From Hungatella sp. (lineage in GTDB: Bacteria; Bacillota; Clostridia; Lachnospirales; Lachnospiraceae): a stretch of 64,000 bases of DNA. Under the pieces are notes generated by a model. The model had not been told where the DNA came from. It saw only the letters and a list, made by a program, of their open reading frames with translations, and made no database searches. Made by a program: the position numbers and the translations under genes. Of this stretch, positions 12,478 through 20,102 are shown piece by piece; positions within the stretch are counted from its first letter, which is position 1; the number at the start of each line of letters is the position of its first letter. The stretch spans positions 167,276 to 231,275 of the forward strand of contig WASS01000029.1 in assembly GCA_009712635.1 (NCBI GenBank). The letters are read 5' to 3'.

Positions 12478-12867
12478 ATGAAAAAAATGCAGATTTTTGA
12501 ACCAGCTATGTGCTGCTCAACAGGACTTTGCGGAGTTTCCGTTGATCCCGAATTATTAAGAGTTTCCACGGTACTGAATACATTAAAGAATAACGGAGTA
12601 CAGGTAGGCCGTTTTAATCTAACAAATGCACCTCAGGAATTTGTAGCAAATAAAACAGTAAATGAGTTTGTCAGAGAAAAAGGTGCAGATGGCTTACCAG
12701 TTATTATTGTGGATGGAAATATAGTGATAACCGGCAGATATCCATCAAATGAAGAGTTTATCAAGTTGCTTGAAGTTCCGGAACATTTTATTGGCAAAAT
12801 TGCAGGTGACGCAGAGGCTGAGAAATCAAAAGGCTGTGGCTGTTCTGGAGGGGGTTGCTGTAGTTAG
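12478..12867 (+). CDS. arsD: arsenical resistance metallochaperone/repressor ArsD
   Basis: MKKMQIFEPAMCCSTGLCG (Cys12-Cys13-Cys18) plus C-terminal Cys clusters. Confidence 0.9.
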   Translation: MKKMQIFEPAMCCSTGLCGVSVDPELLRVSTVLNTLKNNGVQVGRFNLTNAPQEFVANKTVNEFVREKGADGLPVIIVDGNIVITGRYPSNEEFIKLLEVPEHFIGKIAGDAEAEKSKGCGCSGGGCCS

Positions 12868-14603
12868 TGGAAACGTTCAATATAGAAAAAGAAATATTTA
12901 CAAAATATCTTTTCTTTACCGGAAAAGGCGGAGTGGGAAAAACTTCAACAGCTTGTGCCACAGCCGTATCCCTTGCTGATTCAGGAAAAAGGGTGATGCT
13001 GATCAGCACGGACCCGGCCTCCAATCTCCAGGATGTATTTGAAACAGAACTGAACAATAAAGGCGTCTCAATTGCTGGCGTGCCTGGTCTTGTGGTAGCG
13101 AACTTAGATCCCATAGAGGCGGCGGCAGAGTATCGGGAAAGTGTAATTGCCCCTTATCGGGGACAGCTGCCGGATGCTGTTCTGAAAAATATGGAGGAAC
13201 AGATGTCTGGTTCCTGCACAGTTGAAATTGCAGCTTTTAATGAATTTTCAAAGTTTATTACAGATGAGCAAATTCAGGCTGATTGTGATTATATTATCTT
13301 TGATACTGCACCTACGGGGCATACATTAAGAATGCTCCAGCTCCCATCAGCCTGGAGCAGCTTTATCAGCGAAAATACCCACGGAGCTTCCTGTTTAGGG
13401 CAGCTGTCGGGTCTGGAAAGCAAGAGGGAAATCTATAAAAAGGCTGTGAAAACACTATCTGATGGAACTCTTACAACCTTAATTCTGGTTTCAAGACCTG
13501 AGGTGACTCCGTTAAAAGAAGCTGCGAGAGCCTCTTATGAGCTCAAGGATATTGGGGTAAAGAACCAGATAATAATCATGAACGGATTATTGACAGGATA
13601 CGATGATACGATTTCAGAAAGTTTATATAAAAAGCAACAGGCAGCGCTTTCTAATATGCCAGAAGAACTTATGAATCTGAAATGCAGTTTCATACCTCTC
13701 AGATCTTATCCCATAACCGGATTGAAAAACGTAAGAGCTTTACTGGAAAATGACAGTGATACAGTCAGTGAGGATAAAGTTAATGCGGATATCATACCAG
13801 GGCTGAAAGATGTAATAGACGATTTATACCAATCTGGCAAAAAAGTCATATTTACCATGGGAAAAGGGGGTGTGGGGAAAACAACAATAGCCGCATCTGT
13901 TGCACTTGGTCTGGCAGCCAGAGGGAAAAAAGTACATCTGACGACTACCGATCCGGCTGCTCATCTTAAGTTTGTTATGAGCGAAACGGATAAAATTACA
14001 ATGAGCCATATCGATGAAAAAGAGGAGTTAAAGAAATATCAGCAGGAAGTACTTAATAAAGCGAGGGAAACGATGTCAGAAGAGGATCTTGCATATATAG
14101 AAGAAGATTTAAGATCCCCCTGTACCCAGGAAATAGCTGTATTCAGGGCATTTGCGGATATCGTTGAGAAGGCAGAAGATCAGATTGTAGTGATTGATAC
14201 CGCACCTACTGGACATACGTTATTACTTCTGGATTCAACCCAAAGCTATAATCAGGAGATAAAACGCTCCCAGGGTGATGTTCCTGATTCAGCCAAAAAA
14301 CTGCTTCCAAGATTAAGAAATAAAGGTGAGACAGAAGTTATTATAGTCAGTCTCGCTGAAACTACCCCGGTTTATGAAGCGCTTCGTCTGGAGGCGGATT
14401 TAAAGCGGGCGGGCATTGCCGCAAAGTGGTGGGTTATTAATTCATCCCTTTACCGTACCGGTACCACGAATCATTTGCTGTCAGCAAAAGCCAGTAATGA
14501 AATTGAATGGATTAATAAGGTGGATGCCCACTCCAATGGAAATTTTGCAGTGATCAGCTGGAGACCGGATGAAATAAAGGATGAGAGTTTATATTTGCTG
14601 TAG
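12867..14603 (+). CDS. arsA: arsenite-transporting ATPase ArsA (duplicated P-loop halves)
   Basis: Two halves, each with GKGGVGKT and DTAPTGHTL motifs. The GTG start overlaps the arsD stop by 1 nt. Confidence 0.9.
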   Translation: METFNIEKEIFTKYLFFTGKGGVGKTSTACATAVSLADSGKRVMLISTDPASNLQDVFETELNNKGVSIAGVPGLVVANLDPIEAAAEYRESVIAPYRGQLPDAVLKNMEEQMSGSCTVEIAAFNEFSKFITDEQIQADCDYIIFDTAPTGHTLRMLQLPSAWSSFISENTHGASCLGQLSGLESKREIYKKAVKTLSDGTLTTLILVSRPEVTPLKEAARASYELKDIGVKNQIIIMNGLLTGYDDTISESLYKKQQAALSNMPEELMNLKCSFIPLRSYPITGLKNVRALLENDSDTVSEDKVNADIIPGLKDVIDDLYQSGKKVIFTMGKGGVGKTTIAASVALGLAARGKKVHLTTTDPAAHLKFVMSETDKITMSHIDEKEELKKYQQEVLNKARETMSEEDLAYIEEDLRSPCTQEIAVFRAFADIVEKAEDQIVVIDTAPTGHTLLLLDSTQSYNQEIKRSQGDVPDSAKKLLPRLRNKGETEVIIVSLAETTPVYEALRLEADLKRAGIAAKWWVINSSLYRTGTTNHLLSAKASNEIEWINKVDAHSNGNFAVISWRPDEIKDESLYLL

Positions 14604-14623
14604 ATAAAAGAGGTGAAAGTGAT

Positions 14624-15040
14624 ATGAATCAAGATCATAAACCGAATGTTGCCTTCGTTTGTGTACACAACTCCTGCCGAAGCCAGATAGCGGAAGCGTT
14701 GGGAAAGCATCTTGCCAGTGATGTGTTTGAAAGCTATTCGGCAGGAACCGAATGTAAGGATCAGATCAATCAGGATGCAGTCCGGTTAATGAAAAAGATA
14801 TATGGAATTGATATGGAGGCATCACAGAAAAGTAAGTTAATAGAAGAGATACCAGATCCTGATGTGGTAATTACCATGGGATGCAATGTTAAGTGTCCGG
14901 TTCTTCCCTGTAAAATGAGAGAGGACTGGGGATTAGATGATCCTTCAGGGAAAGACGATGGTGCTTTTGAGAAAACCATTGGGATAATCGAGAATAAAAT
15001 CTTAGATTTAAGAAACAGGCTGAAAAATCAGTTGCTATAA
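14624..15040 (+). CDS. arsC: arsenate reductase, LMW-PTP/thioredoxin-coupled type
   Basis: The motif VAFVCVHNSCRSQIAEAL is the CX5R P-loop of low-molecular-weight PTPase-type ArsC. Confidence 0.85.
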   Translation: MNQDHKPNVAFVCVHNSCRSQIAEALGKHLASDVFESYSAGTECKDQINQDAVRLMKKIYGIDMEASQKSKLIEEIPDPDVVITMGCNVKCPVLPCKMREDWGLDDPSGKDDGAFEKTIGIIENKILDLRNRLKNQLL

Positions 15041-15041
15041 T

Positions 15042-15082
15042 AAAAAGTGGGCGGCTTAGAAACAACAGGCAGCCCACTTTTT
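15042..15082. terminator. bidirectional intrinsic terminator between arsC and the convergent AraC gene
   Basis: Stem aaaagtgggcggc..gcagcccacttttt. Confidence 0.6.
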
Positions 15083-15122
15083 GTTAATACTCAGCATACT
15101 TTTGATAATGAGACTTGATCTG

Positions 15123-16019
15123 TCAGATGGATTTGCGAATAACAGGTACATAAATTTCCATTACCGCATCTTCGGTCTCGTGGCAGCGCTCATCATAAAA
15201 TTCAAAATCCATCTTTGTTTCATCGAATTCATAATTGCTGAAAGGAAACCATTCGTTGAAAATGTATTTCCATGTCTGTTTTATTGCGGTTGAAAACGGA
15301 TCATGATCTTCTGTCTGGGCTGCAAGAATTTCTTTAACAGGTGGTGTTGTAAAAACAGCATATTCTGCTTCCGGTACAGTAATGGTCATCATATCCGGAG
15401 TTACTTTTTCAAAGTCATCAACAATAACACCCAATAAATAAACAGCGCTGCCATTTTCTGAATTAGGCACACAGATTCCAACTTCCCCATGATTGGGAGG
15501 ATTTAATTGTTGATACATTTTACTTTCCAGATTTTCTCCATCATAGGTATCCCAATATGCAGCGATATCCTTTGTATAATTTTCTGTAATACTTGTGTTA
15601 ATTCCATAGCCAGCAACCAGAAAAGCTGGTTTTCTTATGATAACAGGATTCATAATAATACCCCCTAAATTTGTTATAATTTCTTTCACATCACATCCAC
15701 TCATTCTGGAAATATAGGTAGTAGGGCTATAACCGAATTCTTTACGAAACGCTTTTGAATATCCGCTTGCAGTTTCGAATCCGTAATCAAGTGCAACTTC
15801 TATAATCTTTTTACTAATAAGAAGGTCTGCACGGGAAAGCAATAATCGCTTTTTACGGACGAATTCCATAAGCGGAATCCCTTGACTGACAGCAAATATT
15901 CTGCAAAAATGAAATACGGAATACCCCGCCTGCTGTGATAGTTGTTCCGCTGTCAATTCTTCTTTTATATTCCTTTCAATAAAGTGAATGCATTGTTCGA
16001 TTGTCTTACTATATTCCAA
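15123..16019 (-). CDS. AraC-family regulator with GyrI-like effector-binding domain
   Basis: An N-terminal AraC HTH pair is followed by a C-terminal GyrI-like domain. The start is TTG after AAGGAG. Confidence 0.8.
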   Translation of the reverse strand: MEYSKTIEQCIHFIERNIKEELTAEQLSQQAGYSVFHFCRIFAVSQGIPLMEFVRKKRLLLSRADLLISKKIIEVALDYGFETASGYSKAFRKEFGYSPTTYISRMSGCDVKEIITNLGGIIMNPVIIRKPAFLVAGYGINTSITENYTKDIAAYWDTYDGENLESKMYQQLNPPNHGEVGICVPNSENGSAVYLLGVIVDDFEKVTPDMMTITVPEAEYAVFTTPPVKEILAAQTEDHDPFSTAIKQTWKYIFNEWFPFSNYEFDETKMDFEFYDERCHETEDAVMEIYVPVIRKSI

Positions 16020-16105
16020 ATAATCTCCTTGCCTTTCCTCCGTACGGTAACTGTATTATATCAACTATTTTAGGGGTTTGCTGTTCCTGTTTTGCTAAAA
16101 CCAGT

Positions 16106-17011
16106 TCAGGTGAGATTTCTGAGCCAGATCTCCATATTTGTTGTATCAGGTGAATGGCTTGCATAGCGTTCCGCACAGAAAGCATCGGTCTGCAGTTTGT
16201 GTTTAGGAAGCCATGTATTATAAATATAATGCTGGGCTTTATAAAGCGCATCCATAACAAGGGCTTCAAAGCTCTCGGCTTCAAAAGAGCATATAATATA
16301 TTCTCCGGCAGGTAATTCCCAGCTCTTAAAAGCGCTTGGAATTTCTGCGTGCTCATAAGGCATACCAGCAAAATAACTAAAACATCCTTCTTTTAAACTG
16401 GAGTAAGCGGCTCCAATTTCCTCTGTGTCCTCAGAAACACAGGTCAATGCAGTTTTTTGTTTATGAAAGTCATCCCAAAGCGAGGCAAGCGGATCTATTC
16501 CGGATTCTGTTCCCAGACCGTCTATATGATGGATGGGTACATCCTTTATTAACCCCATATAATGGACGGGTTCTTTAAGTTCTTTTCTGTGTATTTCCAG
16601 AACAATGCCATCGGTAATCAGCGGCACTTCCTCATCGACCAGTGTGTAGTGAAGCAGAAGCTGGGGTTTTGTCATACGGTTGAGAGTCTGTGGTTTTTTG
16701 CGGTAATCATCTGGAGTCAGACCAAAGGTGTTTTTAAATGTGCGGGAAAAGTGTTCGTGAGAGGTAAATCCAAGCTCTAATGCAATATCCAGGATTCTTA
16801 TGTCTGATTGGAGTAAGCAGTCTGCTGCCCTTGCCATACGGCGGAGTTTGATATACTCGGTGACCGGTTTTTTGACAAGGCGGCTAAATAAGCGTTGATA
16901 ATAGAACGGAGACAGACAAGCTGTTTTTGCCAGATCCTCAATATTAATATCTTCATTTAAATGATCTTCAATATAATTGACTGTTTGTTGTATTTGTTCC
17001 CATGCGTGCAT
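16106..17011 (-). CDS. AraC-family regulator with GyrI-like effector-binding domain (paralog)
   Basis: Its AraC HTH is DLAKTACLSPFYYQRLF...LGFTSHEHFSRTFKNTFGLTP. An AAGGAGGTG RBS precedes the start. Confidence 0.8.
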   Translation of the reverse strand: MHAWEQIQQTVNYIEDHLNEDINIEDLAKTACLSPFYYQRLFSRLVKKPVTEYIKLRRMARAADCLLQSDIRILDIALELGFTSHEHFSRTFKNTFGLTPDDYRKKPQTLNRMTKPQLLLHYTLVDEEVPLITDGIVLEIHRKELKEPVHYMGLIKDVPIHHIDGLGTESGIDPLASLWDDFHKQKTALTCVSEDTEEIGAAYSSLKEGCFSYFAGMPYEHAEIPSAFKSWELPAGEYIICSFEAESFEALVMDALYKAQHYIYNTWLPKHKLQTDAFCAERYASHSPDTTNMEIWLRNLT

Positions 17012-17283
17012 ATTTAAGCACCTCCTTTTTTCCTACAGTATACCATGTCTGTTAGGGATACCGCTTGACTGTGAATGCTTTTTAATTGAGGATACCATGA
17101 AAGGAATCTGGAAGCAATGCTTGTGGATACACTGCTTTTATATTATTGACGAGAAGGTTAGCCTATGCTAATATAACGTGTAGTTAGTATAAACTAACAT
17201 TGCAAAATGAAATTGTATATATGAAGCACATATATAAGACTGATTGAAGTAACATCACAAAATTTTAGCAGGAGGTTTTATTT

Positions 17284-17832
17284 ATGACTGTCAGTGAGAT
17301 AATTCGGGAACGGCGAACAATACGTGAATTCAATGATAATAAAGTATCTTTGGATGCAATTACAGAACTGCTGGAAACCGCTGTCTGGGCACCGTACCAC
17401 GGGATTCCGGAGCCATGGAGGTTCCTTGTATTTTCTGATCATGGAATAGACCGTCTGAGCGATATGATTTATCAGGCTCTTTCTCAGACTGAGCGAAAAG
17501 AGTATGGGGATAAATTAAAGCAGCATCTCAGTACGGTTCCTGTTGCTGTTGTAGTAGTGGGAAAACTGGACCGAAATCAAAAAATCATGGATGAGGTTTC
17601 CGCATCCGTGAGTGCACTCATTCAAAATTTTCAATTAGCAGCCTGGGAGAAGGAGATTGGGGTTGTATGGAAAACACAATCTTATATGCATACACCTCAA
17701 ATCAGCAAAAGTCTGGAACTGAAACCGGATGAAAAATTAGCAGGAATTCTTCTATGTGGATATTTTGATAAAAAGCCATTGAAACATTCTCGCAATCCGG
17801 CAGTATCCAGAACCATATTTATAAAAGAATGA
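17284..17832 (+). CDS. nitroreductase-family FMN oxidoreductase
   Basis: It has the RRTIREF nitroreductase N-terminal motif and is 182 aa. Confidence 0.8.
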   Translation: MTVSEIIRERRTIREFNDNKVSLDAITELLETAVWAPYHGIPEPWRFLVFSDHGIDRLSDMIYQALSQTERKEYGDKLKQHLSTVPVAVVVVGKLDRNQKIMDEVSASVSALIQNFQLAAWEKEIGVVWKTQSYMHTPQISKSLELKPDEKLAGILLCGYFDKKPLKHSRNPAVSRTIFIKE

Positions 17833-17922
17833 TAAAACCTTTTAATCGTGTAATCATCAGGTGAAAAGTGCCATTAATATGGGTGAACAATGGTAGAATA
17901 AGAGCACAAAGGAGCACATATC

Positions 17923-17950
17923 ACGACTTGTCTATTTGCTGCATAAAATA
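17923..17950 (+). promoter_or_regulatory. candidate sigma-K-type (late mother-cell) promoter, AC-N17-CATAAAATA
   Basis: AC sits at 17923-24 and CATAAAATA at 17942-50 after a 17-nt spacer, matching the sigK consensus AC-N17-CATAnnnTA. This rests on a consensus match only. Confidence 0.3.
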
Positions 17951-17982
17951 TAGTGTACTCTATTTTGAAAGGAGTGAGTTTT

Positions 17983-18375
17983 ATGTGTTGCTGTAATTGT
18001 GGTTGCAGACGTAATGACAGATCTGACCGTGATGAAAATCGCGAATGGTGTGAAAGAAAATTTAGAGAGGCTTACCTGAATGGTTACGACAGAGGTCGCA
18101 GACCATGCTGGAGAGAACCATCGGAATCCGATGATGATTTTAACAATAACTTAAATGATAACTTTAGCGACAACTTCAGTCGTAACTTAAATGGCAATCT
18201 AAACGATAACTTAAGCCATAACTTAAATGGCAATCTAAACGATAACTTCAGTCGTAACTTAACTGACATACTAAGCGATAACTTTAGTAATAATTTTAAT
18301 GATAATTTTAGTGATAACTTTAGCAATAACATTATCGTTGTAATTGTTGACAGTTTTAACAATAACACAATTTAG
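17983..18375 (+). CDS. small Cys-rich protein with about 16 tandem Asn-x-x-x tetrapeptide repeats (possible spore-coat-like protein)
   Basis: AAAGGAG lies 8 nt before the ATG at 17983 (MCCCNCGCRRN...). The N-terminal 60 aa are unique, Cys- and Arg-rich. After that come repeats of NLND/NFSD/NLNG/NFSR. Confidence 0.5.
   Translation: MCCCNCGCRRNDRSDRDENREWCERKFREAYLNGYDRGRRPCWREPSESDDDFNNNLNDNFSDNFSRNLNGNLNDNLSHNLNGNLNDNFSRNLTDILSDNFSNNFNDNFSDNFSNNIIVVIVDSFNNNTI
18132..18330 (+). repeat. about 16 copies of a degenerate 12-nt tandem repeat (AACTTnARnGAy), coding
   Basis: The period-12 repeat is visible directly in the sequence. On the plus strand it encodes the N-x-x-x repeats; the minus-strand L-K repeat ORF is its mirror image. 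Confidence 0.85.
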
Positions 18376-18385
18376 TAAAGAATTT

Positions 18386-18417
18386 AAGGCAGGCAACCGG
18401 CAACGGTCCTGCCTTTT
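18386..18417. terminator. bidirectional intrinsic terminator
   Basis: Stem aaggcagg..cctgcctttt, lying between the convergent Cys-rich gene and the GntR gene. Confidence 0.6.
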
Positions 18418-18428
18418 AAATGAGTCGA

Positions 18429-19130
18429 TTAAAAAATCTGATGCCCGCCTTCCAGTGCTTCATTCAGCTGTTTGTCTGTGCACCTCCTCGCGGCGTTAGC
18501 ATCCCTTTCTTTAATACATTTATATAAACAAAGTACGCTGTCATAGAGCGCTTCTTTCCCGTATTTCAGACAGAAACGTTTCCAAAGCTGAGTTACAACA
18601 GGTTTAAAGGATATGTAAATCAAAGGAATAATACTGTTCCCGCTGATTACAGAAAGCTTGTGATGAAAAGAAAAGGTGGCAAGAACCGTATCATCAATAG
18701 TTTTCGCAGCTGCAACCTCTTCCAGCAAACCTTCCAGACCCAGAATATCCTCATTTGATGAATTTTTTACAATTGAATCAGTTGCCAGGTGTTCCAACGC
18801 ACGCCGCACTTCAATAATTGAGTAAATTTCACCCTGTCCAAGGGTATCTCCGTGATATTCCATAATGGCATTTAAAGTATTAATGTTGCCGTTTTTCCCA
18901 TAATCTGCAACAAAAACACCCTGCCTTGGATGGACTTCTAAAAAACCCTGTTTTTCAAGTTCGGAAAAGCCGCTGTTAACAACGGCACGGCTTACCTGCA
19001 TCTGCCTTGCAATTTCCCTTTCCGAAGGCAGCCGGCTTCCAACCGGCATTTGTCCCGATAAAATTAAATCACGGATCTGATGAATAAACATTTCTTTTAA
19101 GCTTAACGCACTTAGTTTCTGAAATTCCAT
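18429..19130 (-). CDS. GntR-family regulator with FCD (FadR-C-like) domain
   Basis: It has a GntR wHTH (LPSEREIARQMQVSRAVV) and an all-alpha FCD C-terminus. I trimmed the start to MEFQK, which has an AAGGGG RBS. Confidence 0.8.
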   Translation of the reverse strand: MEFQKLSALSLKEMFIHQIRDLILSGQMPVGSRLPSEREIARQMQVSRAVVNSGFSELEKQGFLEVHPRQGVFVADYGKNGNINTLNAIMEYHGDTLGQGEIYSIIEVRRALEHLATDSIVKNSSNEDILGLEGLLEEVAAAKTIDDTVLATFSFHHKLSVISGNSIIPLIYISFKPVVTQLWKRFCLKYGKEALYDSVLCLYKCIKERDANAARRCTDKQLNEALEGGHQIF

Positions 19131-19376
19131 ATTCTCACCCCTTATTCTGGCTCTGGTCATACCAGAGATTGATACTATTTTATCATACATTCTTACTAAA
19201 ATTCAACAAATTTATATGTGATTATCACAGTTATTTTTTGCATTATTGCCAGTACACTGAGAATATTTTATAATAATATTGTTATGACTGAACCAGTATA
19301 CTTATTAAGAAACCACCATGCACCTTTTGGTTAAAAAGATGGATGAGGAAAGAATAAAAAGAAGGGAGCGCGGCAC

Positions 19377-20045
19377 GTGAAAGATTTTAAAGTTCTGGAA
19401 ATAAAAACAAGTGTCTTTGCAGACAACAACTTACAGGCTGGAAAGCTTCGGGAAGAATTAAAAGAGAAAAAGGTATTTCTTCTTAATCTGATGTCCAGTC
19501 CCGGCGCAGGTAAGACAACCACTCTGGTCCGTACCATTAATGGATTAAAGGACGACTTAAAGATTGGAGTTATGGAAGCAGATATTGATTCTGACGTAGA
19601 TGCCCGGACTATATCACAGACCGGTGCAAAAGCCATTCAGCTTCATACAGGAGGTATGTGTCATCTGGATGCGCAAATGACCCGCCAGGGACTGGAGGGC
19701 CTTGATCCGGACGGTCTTGACCTTGTAATATTAGAAAATGTGGGCAACCTGGTATGCCCGGCTGAATTTGATACCGGCGCAGTAAAGAATGCCATGATCC
19801 TTTCGGTACCGGAAGGGGATGATAAGCCATTAAAATATCCTCTCATGTTTTCCATCTGCGATGTGGTGCTGATCAATAAGATGGATGTATTGCCGTATTT
19901 TAATTTTGATCTGGAAAAATGCAAAGAGAATATACGCCTGCGTAATCCAAATGCGATTATTATTCCCATCAGCGCATTGAAAAAGGAAGGAATAAAGGAG
20001 TGGACCGACTGGCTTCATAATGCGGTAAAATCCTGGTGTGAATAG
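19377..20045 (+). CDS. hypB: hydrogenase nickel-incorporation GTPase HypB
   Basis: G3E GTPase motifs SPGAGKTT, EADIDSD and ENVGNLVCPAEFD are present, with a GTG start. Confidence 0.85.
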   Translation: MKDFKVLEIKTSVFADNNLQAGKLREELKEKKVFLLNLMSSPGAGKTTTLVRTINGLKDDLKIGVMEADIDSDVDARTISQTGAKAIQLHTGGMCHLDAQMTRQGLEGLDPDGLDLVILENVGNLVCPAEFDTGAVKNAMILSVPEGDDKPLKYPLMFSICDVVLINKMDVLPYFNFDLEKCKENIRLRNPNAIIIPISALKKEGIKEWTDWLHNAVKSWCE

Positions 20046-20102
20046 CAAATAAGATAGATAAAAAAACTTCGAAAGCGCCATATAAGCGCGGGAAAGGGAA
20101 TT

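Noticed and set aside
16009-16371. A 120-aa minus-strand ORF between the two AraC genes.
   Set aside because: It overlaps the C-terminal 265 nt of the well-supported 301-aa AraC gene in another frame. It is an artefact of a stop-free stretch.
18132-18330. The period-12 repeat array as a possible CRISPR or minisatellite.
   Set aside because: It has no spacers and the period is far too short for CRISPR. It keeps an open reading frame and encodes a regular tetrapeptide repeat.
18084-18368. Minus-strand 94-aa ORF with LKLS/LKLR repeats that looks like an amphipathic AMP-like peptide.
   Set aside because: It is the reverse-complement reading of the 12-nt tandem repeat. It has no RBS or promoter context. 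The plus-strand ORF has an RBS, a unique N-terminal domain, a promoter and a terminator.
17284-18375. The nitroreductase and Cys-rich peptide as a TOMM/RiPP biosynthetic pair (McbC-like dehydrogenase + precursor).
   Set aside because: There is no YcaO cyclodehydratase, no E1-like partner and no transporter or protease. The nitroreductase is an ordinary small NfsB-like enzyme with its own promoter.
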